DNA of 64,000 nucleotides from the NCBI GenBank assembly GCA_003614675.1, contig ML002212.1:1-64000 (forward strand), read 5' to 3'. This DNA comes from Dimargaris cristalligena. Taxonomy: Eukaryota. A program made the translations under genes and the position numbers. Below the pieces are notes generated by a model. The model made no database searches. It was not told where the DNA came from and saw only the letters and a list, made by a program, of their open reading frames with translations. Each line of letters begins with the position of its first letter. Within the stretch, counting starts at the first letter, position 1. Shown here one piece after another: positions 50,157-61,884 of this stretch.

Positions 50157-50648
50157 TTAGTAATTAGTTCCGAAGGGCAAGATGAACAAGATGAGGGTCG
50201 CCAAAAAGCCCACGGACCAGAAGATGGTGCGGAGGGTAGCTTGGCCACCCCAGTAGGTGACCAGGTAGAAGGCCCGGCACACCACGAAAATAATGCAAAG
50301 GGCATTAGCGCCGGTATGACTACCCGCTCCGAACCAGTTGAAGTACACGGCCAGGGCAAACATAGTGAAGGCCTCGAAGGTATTGAGGTGGGCCCCTTGG
50401 GCCCGGTGGCCGAACATAGTGCTGAGGTGACGAGGTAAGCGGGGGGTACTGTGGTCGTAGCCACTCGGGGCTTCCTGCCCATCCGACGGGACCGTGACCC
50501 CCTCGAGGGAGGCCGTGGTGGCAGCAAATCCGTTGGCAAATCGGCGGCGCGTGCGGCCGTAGTAGAGGGGTCCCAGGGAGACGATCCACAGGAGAAGCGT
50601 GGTGAAGACGCAGCCAAACTGGATGCGGTCGCTGGTGGTGGCGAACAT
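50157..50648 (-). CDS. MAPEG-family membrane protein, copy 1 (163 aa)
   Basis: GYDHSTPR, RAQGAHLNTFEAFTMFALAV and FVVCRAFYLVTY...LRTIFWSVG motifs; four hydrophobic segments; intronless. Confidence 0.88.
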   Translation of the reverse strand: MFATTSDRIQFGCVFTTLLLWIVSLGPLYYGRTRRRFANGFAATTASLEGVTVPSDGQEAPSGYDHSTPRLPRHLSTMFGHRAQGAHLNTFEAFTMFALAVYFNWFGAGSHTGANALCIIFVVCRAFYLVTYWGGQATLRTIFWSVGFLATLILFILPFGTNY

Positions 50649-51675
50649 GGTCGAGGCGGGTGAGAGATTTCAGCGAAAGGGAAGGGGGGAGGGGTCAGAT
50701 GTAATGATGGATAATTAGTATGTACCATTAGCTCACTTTAATCAGTAGGTTAAATACAGCTCGAAGGGTCCATTCACCCCGAACAGTTATATATATATAT
50801 ATACCAATCTCCACCCCAGCACCGGTTACAGCATGGGTCAAACCAGCTCATTTGGCTTATAAGTCTATTCTCCCTTTTGTCCTCCCTCGCACCTATGCTT
50901 CCATAATATTATTTAGCTACCTTTCGGTTGCGCAAAGTATGCGAAAGCAACTGCCATGACGTCGTCTTGTGAGGGAAGGGTTGGACAATGCGGTAGTCTT
51001 GTACTGTGTCACCCCCATTAGGCAAATACCCAATTCTGCCTAGAGGTATACTGTGTATGTCGAAAAAGTCGGTCATAGATGAATGGGCAGCTTCGGATCT
51101 CCCGATACGTATCAATGCATCGAATGCGTTTATACGGCTATCGATTCACCGGGTGTAGGGTAATTTACTGCTTGTTTCTTTGATGCCCCTCATGAGCCAT
51201 CCTTAATTTATGGGAACAAATGGCGTTTCGTCAATGGGGTTCCACTAAGGGGGTCGCTACACGGCGGGGCTGCTAGATTGGCCCATTCCTTATAAATTTT
51301 GAAACGTAATGGTGTTTTATTTACAAAACTAAAATAAGTAATTTTCTCGGTAGTATTTCTTAATGTATGCCGTTTATAAATGTTCGTATATATATATTGG
51401 GATACACCAATAAAACCGAATAGGTGTATGAGTGGGTGGTTTATAGATGCATGGCTGAATTGGATAGGCCTGCGTCGTATAAAACACCACGATCGGGGAG
51501 GCTTAGTCACTAAACTGTCCCAAACCAGAGGTCAATTGGAATACCTAGAATATTATATATATATATATATATATTAAAAAAAGCAAACAATGCGGGGTAT
51601 TGTGTACATAAAATATGCGTAGGATAATGGAGGGGAGTGGGAAGGGGTCGAGTAGACGTGCTAACGAGTCGAGAC

Positions 51676-52095
51676 TTAGGTCGCAAAGGGTAGAATATAC
51701 AACGTGAGCGTTGCCAGAAATCCACCGATCCAAAATAACGTCCGAATGAGTGTAAAGCCCAGCAGGTACATTATAATGTAAATCATCCGAGTGAGAATGA
51801 AGATGATACAGATGGCATCGGCGACTAATGGATGGCCATTACCGAATCGGTTAAAAGCAACCCCCAGGGCAAACAGGGTAAACGCCTCCATCGTGTTACT
51901 GTGGGCGCCGATAGTGCGCAGGTCCGTATCGGAGAGGTGTTCGTAGTGGATGCGGGGAGTGGCATGGTCGTAGCCCTCGCGGCGTTTATCGGCGGACCGA
52001 CGGGAGAGATAGAGGGGGATAAGGGTTAGGATCCAGAGAACCAGGGCGGCTAATACACAGCCGGCCTGGACCCGCTCGTGGGTGTCGGTATACAT
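51676..52095 (-). CDS. MAPEG-family membrane protein, copy 2 (139 aa)
   Basis: GYDHATPR, RTIGAHSNTMEAFTLFALGV, TRMIYIIMY...IRTLFWIGG. Clear paralog of 50157-50648. Confidence 0.88.
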   Translation of the reverse strand: MYTDTHERVQAGCVLAALVLWILTLIPLYLSRRSADKRREGYDHATPRIHYEHLSDTDLRTIGAHSNTMEAFTLFALGVAFNRFGNGHPLVADAICIIFILTRMIYIIMYLLGFTLIRTLFWIGGFLATLTLYILPFAT

Positions 52096-54946
52096 GGCTC
52101 TCGGGGGAGTAATAAATATGACTGAGAATGTGCGGGTATGGAGTGGCTGGAAGGGTTTATACAGTCGGATACTCGGGGCTTAAAATAGGTGGATGTGAAG
52201 GATTAAAATTTAGTAGGCTGATGGACAAACGCGGGATACGGTGTCGAGGTTGTTGGTAGAATCTAACACCTGCTATGAATGTAGCTGCAAGAGATGAATT
52301 GGACACAGGTTATGTAAATGAGAGATAATCTATATCCCGGACATTGGTCAGTGGGGTTTATATATACATCAGGGGTGACCCAAAGCACACCATCGATTCC
52401 TTGTTTCTTCCGTTGTAGATTCCCATCCGTTAGGAAGGGTACACAAAACGTATTTTTAACCAGCCCCCCCAGATAACCATATGCCGGGCCTTTCTTGCAT
52501 AGATTATATTCCCAACGGGATGGCGCGGAATTGTTAAAAATATCGTTTGTGAAACATGTCACCATTCGTATCCTTCCATCTTCAATTTTGGTTTTCATCC
52601 CTGCTTATCCAACACACTCCCCCTCTCACCACCCCACGACTTACCGCAGTGTACATTCAATACATGTGCAGATAGAGCCGTCGGCAGTTGGGATTTCAAT
52701 AGAAGGTATTGGTTTATTTTCGACATGGACACGTCTTCAGTAGCACCTTTCAGGAGAGATGCCAACGCCCTTTCTTACGCTGAAATCCCCTCGGTTCACG
52801 ATATGCTGTGGTCCACACGATAAGGGAGAATATATAGATATGAAAAAGGAGGTTACTGTTGCCTGCTTCATTAATTCCCGAAAGCGCGTAGATGGCCGGG
52901 TCATCGCTTCGACATAGTCATCCCCTTGACCGACTTGTGTACAATCCCCCCCCTCCACCTTTGACTATTCTACTTTCGCGTATAAAGAAGTACCACTGAA
53001 TCTAAAGAACGATGAAGAGCCGGAAGCAGTGCCACAGAGCCACCCCAGATGAGGAAATCATGAAGTAGCCTGTGTAACCCAATGGAAGCTGCTCGAGCCT
53101 CCCCTCCCACTTCCCCGCCCGACTATTACCGTCACTGATCTTCGCCATCTTATGTTCCTCGTCCAATATTCCACCGATGGGCCCGATTGAGCGGCGGTTT
53201 GGCAGGTTGTATTGGCTCATGATTGTAGACTGGATTTTGCACTGCCATCCCTAACTATTTGGTCCAGGAATGCCTGTATTCGACACGATCATTAGCAAGG
53301 TAGTGGGGGGGGGGTTGCCTCTTGATCACAAGTATTCTTAGTAATATCTGATATTGATGTCAGGGCATTGACAGGAGGAATACAGGCCATGCGCGGCATT
53401 CCAGGTAGAGTGGGCTCAAAGTAACCCCATTACTGCAACATGACGCCATTCGTAAACACGAAAAAATCAAACTGGTTTCCGCCCGTAAGTCTTCTAGAAT
53501 GGGGACTGTCTGCTCCCAGGCATATCGCCCTTTTCTTTATAGATATTTTTTAGGGACACCGATGTGGGGTAAATGAGTAAGGTTATCGGATCTAAAGTTT
53601 CAGGGTCCACGAAACAGGTTTTTAACCACTGGCCCTCTTAATCGAACACTATGCTAGACTACCGGTGGTACCTTGGCCACTGTGGCAAGAGGACTTCGGC
53701 TAGACGTATTTCAACTACCAGGAGGGGATATAGGGTTGGGGAGCTGGTACCATGTTCCAGTATGATGTAAGGGTTAGAGGGGGGTAATTGGCATAACAGT
53801 TACCCACATATTATATAGATATGTTGGAGGGGGGGTGATATTCCCGACCCTTGCATCGCCACTGGTAGCAGTACCCTTTAGAAAAACATCTAAAAGGGGG
53901 CGGGAGTATAAGACCAGTCACAAAATCATCAGATACGCTCTCATGTGTTCTCGTGGATTGGGAATTCCCCGAGTTTTGAAGGCATTGACTGGCCGTTCCA
54001 GGCCTACCGGTATGGGATTCACCGACCGACAAGCAGCCCCATCTGCAAGGAGAGTGAAGCATTGGTTAGCCCCCCCTTTTTTCATTGCCTTGGTAGGATA
54101 GCGTAGTTTGAACCGCTAAGGAGATGAATGAGTTCATATAATGGCCAAGTCGCCACGACTGACCCCATGCTGTCGTTTAACAGCCCAGGCGCGATTTAGC
54201 CTGGATGGAGGGGTACAGGTCGGCTTTAATCAGTGTTTCGAAGACCAAGGTATCCGCCAACTGATACTGACTTGATTGAAGGGGCAGCTCTATTTAATTT
54301 AAATGAATAATTATGTCAGAGCAGCAGGTGGAACTCCCGCATGTTGGGAAGGGGTCGTGTGCTTGGAGTCCGTGACTTCCTCTTATGGAGAGTAATCCGA
54401 TCGCCAATCAGCTCCACAGCCAGTGGATGGTAGACTAGAGTTTCCGAAAGTAAAGAATTCACGCAGCTAATTCAACGGGGGGAATGGCTCCGCTACTCTT
54501 GTAAGCTATTGGACGCCATTAGTCTAAATGATACTCTATATTAACGTGGAGATAAATCATTGTGGACCATCATTTTCATTTACAAACTCCTAACTAACTG
54601 GAACCCGCGACATTACAATAATAGGCAGACTCCAAAAATGTATAACACCACATAAACTGTAAGATCGAATAATATTTTATTCGTGAAAATAAGACAACAC
54701 AAAGAGAAAGTAGGCGGGGTGGGGGGAGGGGTATGACGACTCAGGCTTAAGAAGCATTTAAAACGACGGACGGGGAGGTTTTAACCACCTTCCATCGCGA
54801 GTGTAGGGAGGATGTGGGAATAGGATGGAGGTGGGAGATAGGAGGGGTATACGGCTGAATACAGGAAGAGAAAATATGTGAGAAAGAGTAGGCATAAAAT
54901 CCACATTAAAGTGAATCCTATAGTATCCTAAACCACCAACACATAC

Positions 54947-56232
54947 TTAAGCCTGAAGAGCACGGCGAGCATCACGCTCCTCGGCAATGGAGAGCTTGAC
55001 ACCCTTGCCCTTGGGCAGAGAGATCCAGGCCTTGTTACCCTTACCGATGACGAAGACGTTGGACAGACGGGTGGCGAACTTGTGGTTAGCGGCATCCCGG
55101 ATGTGGACGATATCGAAACCACCATCGTGCTTCTCAATGTCGACGATGATACCGGCACGACCAATGTTAGACCCACCGGTGATCATGGCCAGGTTACCGA
55201 CCTCAAACTTGAGGAAGCCGTCGATCTTGCCGGACTCAATGTCGAGCTTGACGGTGTCGTTGACCTTGACGAGGGGGTCGGGGTAACGGATGGTACGACC
55301 GTCGTGGGTGACGATGAAAGGAACACCCTTGACACCGAGTTGCATGCGCTTGACCTTGCACAGCTTGTACTGGGCTTCGGCGTCAGTGATGCGGTGGATG
55401 GTGAAGCGTCCCTTGGTGTCGTAGACCAGACGGAACTGCTCGCCGGACTTTTCAATGGTAATCACATCCATGAAACCGGTGGGGTAGGTGTCGTCGGTGC
55501 GGACCTTGCCGTCAACCTTCACCAAGCGCTGCATGAGAATGCTAATCACCTCGCGGCGGTTCAGGGCGTACTTAAGACGGTTACGCAGGAACACGACCAA
55601 GGGCAGGCACTCGCGGGCCTTGTGGGGACCCTGGGAAGGCTTGGGAGCGTAGATGCCGGTCAGTTTGTCCAGCATCCAGTGCTTGGGCGCGTTAAGGCGC
55701 TTCATGTGCTTCTTGAAACCACGGGCCTAAACAACCAGCAGAAAGAATGAACATGAGGGTGGAGGAAGAAGTAGGTATAAAAATAATATAGAATCAATTG
55801 GTTAGTTAGTTGGTTCGCGCTGGGAATGTTTGGAGAAATGTGAATCAACTCGAATCTCGTGAGGGACCGGTGGTTCAATCAAATAATGGTACGGTTGGAT
55901 GTATTCCTCGAACAATAAATGCATTAGGATAATGAAGTCGTCGCCGCATCTATTAGCCATCCTCCAAACGTGGCATCCATCCATCCATCGATATAGGTCT
56001 ACTTGATCCAATGACGAGACCAAATATAATGGTACGCTTCGCCATCGATACGACGCTGGGTCCATTGATGAAGGTTCGATCGGCTCGAATAATTGTGTCG
56101 AGGAAGTTTGGCTAATCGGGATGGGGGAGGTTGACGGATGGATGGATGGGCTTCGTTGGAGGATGGTGGATGACGGTCTGGCGGAGGTGGTATGAGGGTG
56201 TGTAGGTAGGGAAGACGCAGACAACGTACCAT
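54947..56232 (-). CDS. RPS4: 40S ribosomal protein S4/eS4 (exon 1 coding part = ATG at 56232-56230; exon 2 55726-54947; 260 aa)
   Basis: [23 protein letters not shown]...[12 protein letters not shown]...[18 protein letters not shown]. Donor GTACGT directly follows the ATG, branch ACTAACTAAC at 55810-55801, acceptor TAG. Confidence 0.97.
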
Positions 56233-57224
56233 TTTGATTGATTATGCTGCCAAACGGAGATGGATCCTACAGAGTGACAAGAAAGAGAAGAGGGGGATTT
56301 CAACTTGGGGCTAGGGCGAATAGTTGTTATACAACAACATCCGGGCCTTTCTTCTTGTATCTGGTGTGTATAGGGGGGGCGAACACTTGCACCGTATTGT
56401 AAGCGTAGGCTGCTTATAGGCTAACAACAACTACTAAACTCTGCCCATATACTACTCACTCTCGCACCCAAAAGGTCGTTTTTCTTTTGCTATATGGGAC
56501 AGGCCATATGTGGTTTAGGCCATTGTTACGCTATTATTTTCTCCCATCTAAGCGAATTGAGGTGATTGGATTTCCCCCATTCCCCTATAGCTACTGGCCC
56601 AGGCTATAAGATGGATGGCCTTGTTCACCAGGTGGGTGGGGTAAGTGATAGGGGAACGCCTATAGCATCCGAAGCCAATCACGTGACACAGCCTAAGGGG
56701 TGGTTCGGCTTGGCTGTTTTATACTCGCTCCTACAGATCCGCAGTCCACAAGGTGCACAAACATATTTAGCATCCCTAATATTAATGCTCCAAGCTTGAC
56801 GTACTAGTTTCGACCATGGATCTTCCCCACCATAGCAACTATAGCCCTATTTAACGAATCCACCATTCTATTGCATTGAAAAAGATACGATAGGTTTAAA
56901 AGTACATTTATCCAAAACCTCCCAACCAAGAATCAGTTGGGTATTCGACTATTGTATCGAAATATAATTAGACGAGCCGGAATACAGGCAGGTTATAAAC
57001 TAAAAGTGCGGGTCACTAATACCAGCACCCCGGTGTTTAATACCGAGTGGGGGCTACAGGTCCCACCACGCACGGCCCAAGGTGAACGGATGTCGAACTA
57101 TATATATATAAAAACAATACAAAAATTCGTATGCTAAATGGGTTAAGGATAAGAGTGACAGTGTACATACGGAGCTAAGCGGATGATTATTACCCAACCC
57201 AACCGATGGTGAGTGGTGGGGCTA

Positions 57225-58854
57225 TTAGCTGAAGAACAGACTGCCGGCCATTTCGACATTTCCGTTGGCTTGAGTCAAAAGGCGGATGGCCACCTCCCTT
57301 GATGCCCCGAGGTTGACGATTTGGGCGATAGCATTCTCGGAAAAACGACTGGCTGGGGATGTCGTAGGCACCTTTACTGCCGAAGGGCCGGGTGCTTGAT
57401 GCTGGGTGGGGGATGTCACGGGCGCCCTGGCCGCAATAGGGCCGGGCGCTTGGTGACGGACAGGGTCACCCGGGGGCAAGGGAGTCGACATTTTGGGATC
57501 ATCGGTTTTCGAGTCCCTGGCGAAATTGGGTACTTCATGTTCGTGGAGGAACGGGACGCTGATATCATCGAAGATCAGGGCGTCGGTTTTGAGGTCAATG
57601 GTGGCCTGGTGGCGCCGCAGCATATCTAAGCCGATGAGGACATCCATTTCCGGAATGTTTAGAACATTGAATGCGCAGACTAGATGCCGACCGCCCACGA
57701 CCAATTCGGCGCGGTGGATGCGGCCAATGATTTTAGAGGTTCCCACTCCTTTGGCCATCCCATGGAAGCGAGTGTCAATCAAATGGGACAGTCCACAGGT
57801 TTCGGTGAAATGGGCCCCCATAACACTGACCCCGGCCCCCGAGTCCACAAAGGCCTTGACGGGGTGCTTGTTAACCATACAGTTGACGTACAGCATCGTG
57901 ACGTGGCTAAAGGTCTCCGGGTTGTGTTCGAGGGCGGACTGGTAGCTGTCCTCGACGTTCCGCAACCGAATGAGGTTGGCGATTTTTTCCTGGGCTTCGG
58001 GACTAAATGGATCGGCCTCCAATACAGCCTGATTAGAGGATATGGGGGAAGGGGAAGGTGGTATGGTGAGACAGGGGAAAGAAGAGCACATAATATGAAG
58101 ATCGTTAATCAGGGGCCGTGGGGATCACGGCCAGGGGAACCGGTCATTCATGGTTGAATGGAAGGACTTCCACCAGCCAAGTCGCTTTCAGACATAAGTA
58201 TCCCCCCCCCCCAAGTAGCCGGGATTATAACTAACGCAATAGTCCTTACCAATTCACGCTGCTGTTCTTCGGCGTTCCGAATCAGTTTATCTAGGATGAC
58301 AGGATCGCGTTGGGCGGCCTGGGCCAGATTAGGATCCCGACTGGCTATATGCCGCAGGAACGAAGCCCGGTCAATTTGGCCTAGAATCGGATGGGCCCAG
58401 GAGCCAGAGCCCGAGGCACCTCCGGCTACGGGTAATTCGGGACGCTTAAACTGCCGACTGACCACCATGGCGTCGTTATCCCCGATTCCGTAGGCACCCA
58501 GGGTTTTGTTGTTGTCTTGTAGGAGGGTACCGTGGTGGGCTATAAGTTGTTCGCCGGGTGCAATGTCCGTCTATTGGGAGAGTGTAAATGTGCCGGCGCC
58601 CGGGTAAGACAATGGTGTGAATGGGTAAAGGATGACTTGAAAAGTCAGCCGGGCTATTTCATGTTGCAATAAGGGAACATATCCTTTGAAATGGAGGGAT
58701 AGTGCGGCCACCCGAGGGCTAGAAACCCAATACAGATGGTGAAAAGGGGACCTACCTCGAACTCGAGCAGGGCCTTAAGGTCGCTGAGCGACATGTCCGG
58801 ATTGACGTCGACGACGACGATTTGGTCGTCGGAGGTGGTGACGAGTAGCTTCAT
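57225..58854 (-). CDS. DDI1: Ddi1 UBL-helical-RVP aspartic protease-UBA protein (exons 58854-58756, 58570-58250, 58028-57225; ~407 aa)
   Basis: N-terminal UBL, ADPFSPEAQEKI, PETFSHVTMLYVN, VKAFVDSGA, LIDTRFHGMAKGVG, IGLDMLRRHQATIDL, and a C-terminal UBA (LGASRE.AI..L.QANGNVE.A). Confidence 0.94.
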
Positions 58855-59099
58855 GGTGAGATAATAGGCGGACTTAAGAGTGGGCTGTGCTTGTTGGCTT
58901 GTGAAAGTGACAGTAAAGAATGAGTAGTGGTTAATGAAACTCACTGATAAAATGAATGGGGCTCTGGAGATGGGGAAAGTTGGAGCAAGGGTTGGGTCGA
59001 GAAAGCAGTAGGGGAAAGTGCCTATTTGTGCTCCGATAGTCCCCACGCAGGCGAACTTAGACTTAGTAATTGGGCTGGGATTGTCCACGTATATGAATG

Positions 59100-59243
59100 A
59101 TATGGGAGAAGTTCATTCAGGCTGTATAATGAAAAATCCATTGGATGGGGCCAATATTACTGGTTAAAAGCTATTCTCACATATATTCGCCCATACACCT
59201 ATTATGTAAAACCTTGTACAGCTGGTTTGAATTTCACCCATAT
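59100..59243. mobile_element. MITE-like element, well-preserved copy
   Basis: ATATGGGAGAAGTTCATTCAGGCTGTA ... TACAGCTGGTTTGAATTTCACCCATAT (~27-bp imperfect TIR). Confidence 0.82.
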
Positions 59244-59862
59244 CCTTGTCGTTGGTCCAGTAGTATGAAGTCCTCTTCCTTTCATTATCCATGGCGATGG
59301 ATGATAAATGCACAACAGCAGACACAAACGAAGTCACGGGGTTCCATTTTAGTCTCCACTTCAGGGTTCCCGGTCTTAACGCGCTAAAAATGGCGTGTTC
59401 TCCTATTGGTAAGGAGAGGCGGGAGATCATACTACTAGGATCCGTGGTGTCCTTTCCTTTCACATGCTAGGAGGGCCATCCTAAAGAAATCATCCAACTG
59501 CATATACTATACTGTCTGTGGCACTTGAAAAACACTCATACATTATTCATACACACAGGAAGCTTGGGCCTTGAAGCAAAGGAAAGGGGGGCATATATTA
59601 CATTATAGCCTCGGAAAAACACGTTGGTTGGGCTTAACATATAACAGAGCCGGCTCTCTTCCCGAGGTTCCTTCATTGCTTTTTACCCTCTTTTCTTGTA
59701 TAGTATAGCCTTGTTTGGCCCATGCACCCTTCACTTACGTACTTCCTGTGGTTAGTTTAGTTACACCTACCCGTATCTCCCCACCAAACCCTCTTCTCCC
59801 CCAGCCCAGCCCGCACTACCGCTACCCCTCCACGCCGGCCCAGTTGATGCCCCCCACCCGCC

Positions 59863-60816
59863 ATGGTGCCCAACAAGAAATGGATAGTAGGTGACGACAT
59901 TCGGATCGGCTACACCCGTTTCCAGCTCCTGGTCCACTCCGCCATTATCCTCGTGAGCGGCTTCCAGTACACCCTCTCCCTGGCCTGCGACCCGCTCGGA
60001 TACAGTATCGGCACCATACCCAGCCTATGTCTCCTGTTTATCCTGCTACACCACCTCGGCCTGCTCTTTGTCTTCCGCTGGTCCCCCGTTCTCTACCAAC
60101 CCTTTATCCTCTACTACACGCCGTTTGCCTACGGCTGTCTGTGGATATACACGGGATTTCTCGCCACCAACGATGACTCATTACCAGTGCTTCGCCCGGC
60201 CACCGCCGGCTCCTCCGCGCTGCATTTCCGGTGGCCCCCTAAATTTGCCCCGCTCGCCGGTGGCCAGGAGTACTCCCCGTCTACCCCGGTCCACTACGAA
60301 TATTCCACCCAACTGCCCTATACAGGGTTCCTTAACCTGGACTGTCCCCTGCCGGCCCAGCTCCAGTGGCTGTCCAGCCGGTGGATTGCCTTTGCCCTCT
60401 GGTGGGTACTGTGGGTCATCCGCCGCAACAGCTTTGGGGTCGTCATGTTCCAAAAGGCCTCAGCCACCCCCACCCGGGTCAAGCGGATGGCGTATCGTTT
60501 ATACTGCCTGATTTGCCCATGCCTGGTGGTTCTACTCTGGAAATGGTACCCCGCTCTACTAGCCACCTGGGATAACCCCCGCCTGGATGCCAATGAGCCC
60601 ATTGTCGCCCTCCTTCTCCAGAAAATCCACCTGAGCCGCCCCGATTACAGCTGTTTATTTATGGCCATTGTGGGAGTGCTGGCCGGCATGTCCCATATCA
60701 TGTGGTACAGCTTCCTGTCCTTCAGTTACTGTGCGGTTTACTGGAAGAGCTATTTGCGGGAAGGGGTGGCCGTGTGGCTGAGTGGGCCCCAGGCGGTTGC
60801 GGGCAAATTATGCTAA
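59863..60816 (+). CDS. Hypothetical multi-pass membrane protein (317 aa)
   Basis: Intronless ORF with GCCATGG start, C-ending codon bias like neighbouring genes, and about 6-7 hydrophobic segments. I recognise no family. Confidence 0.7.
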   Translation: MVPNKKWIVGDDIRIGYTRFQLLVHSAIILVSGFQYTLSLACDPLGYSIGTIPSLCLLFILLHHLGLLFVFRWSPVLYQPFILYYTPFAYGCLWIYTGFLATNDDSLPVLRPATAGSSALHFRWPPKFAPLAGGQEYSPSTPVHYEYSTQLPYTGFLNLDCPLPAQLQWLSSRWIAFALWWVLWVIRRNSFGVVMFQKASATPTRVKRMAYRLYCLICPCLVVLLWKWYPALLATWDNPRLDANEPIVALLLQKIHLSRPDYSCLFMAIVGVLAGMSHIMWYSFLSFSYCAVYWKSYLREGVAVWLSGPQAVAGKLC

Positions 60817-61884
60817 ATCAAAGCGAGGCCTTGCCCTTTCGCTTTTCGTAGAGCCGTGGGATTCGGCTATGCCTTTCGGGGTGGGTTTTTTTTTATTATT
60901 GTACCATAATTTGATGTCTACCATTGTATATACCTAGCCGCTGAAATGCGTGGATTTGCCGGAATGCCGCCACTCCTAACCGATATTTTAGTTGACTATA
61001 TGCTAGGCCATTACGCTTTGTTAATACTTTCGATCTGTATTATTTCTCACTCTCTTTTGCTTGTTATTCCGCTCTTCGAGAGACCCTTAATGACATTAAA
61101 AACTATACCATTTGATCTCAATTTCCTACCTTGGTAGCTGCTATGCGTACTTACTTGGCTTTATGGAGAACCCATGTTACAGGGCTTGGGCGGAAGCAGT
61201 GCTTATATTTGTAATGCAAATCAAGGTAAGAAGTGGTTGCTGCTGAGTCTTGGGGCCCTTTCTTCAGCCCTGGGAGCCGTCACTAGACTCCGGCACCTTA
61301 TTGCTTTTAACCTGTGACATTTAGGGGAGCTGGGTTAAGCTGAAGTATGAAGCTGCTACTGGCGGATACTCTCCCTTTTAGTCACGTGCTCAATGAACAC
61401 CGCCCTTGTAAGCCTATCTACTTCAGGTTTCTTTTTTTTTCCTGTACCATTTCAGCCATTTTCTTTTTGCAGAGCTTAGGCAATAGTCAATGGCCTTTTA
61501 CACAAATCGACAGCAAATACGGTAGGGAGAGCCAAGGAGTTTTCAAATGCAGTATTCGTCGTAGTCTCGCTCCAGTCCGGCCCCACTTATACATGCCTTA
61601 TAGTATCTTACTAATTCTATTCCCATTGCATAGTATCTCTCTCAACCTGTGTCTGAGCCCTGGAATCAGCCGCAACTGTATCTTTTTTTAGTGCCCTTTT
61701 CCCTTTGGAACAGTTAACTCCTTTTGGGATTCACTTAGTTGGCCAGCTCATTCGAGTCTTTTCCCGTTCCTCGGTGTTTAATTCTCGACTTTCTCTTTTT
61801 ATTTTCACTTGTTCCATATCCCACCCCCTTTTTATTACCTCTGTGAGACGCTCCCGCCGTTTCACCGTCCCTTACTAAGCGGCC

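Noticed and set aside
53561-53811. Weak inverted ends ATGTGGGGTAAATG / CAGTTACCCACATA suggesting another MITE
   Set aside because: Short imperfect match with no second copy or TSD found by eye.
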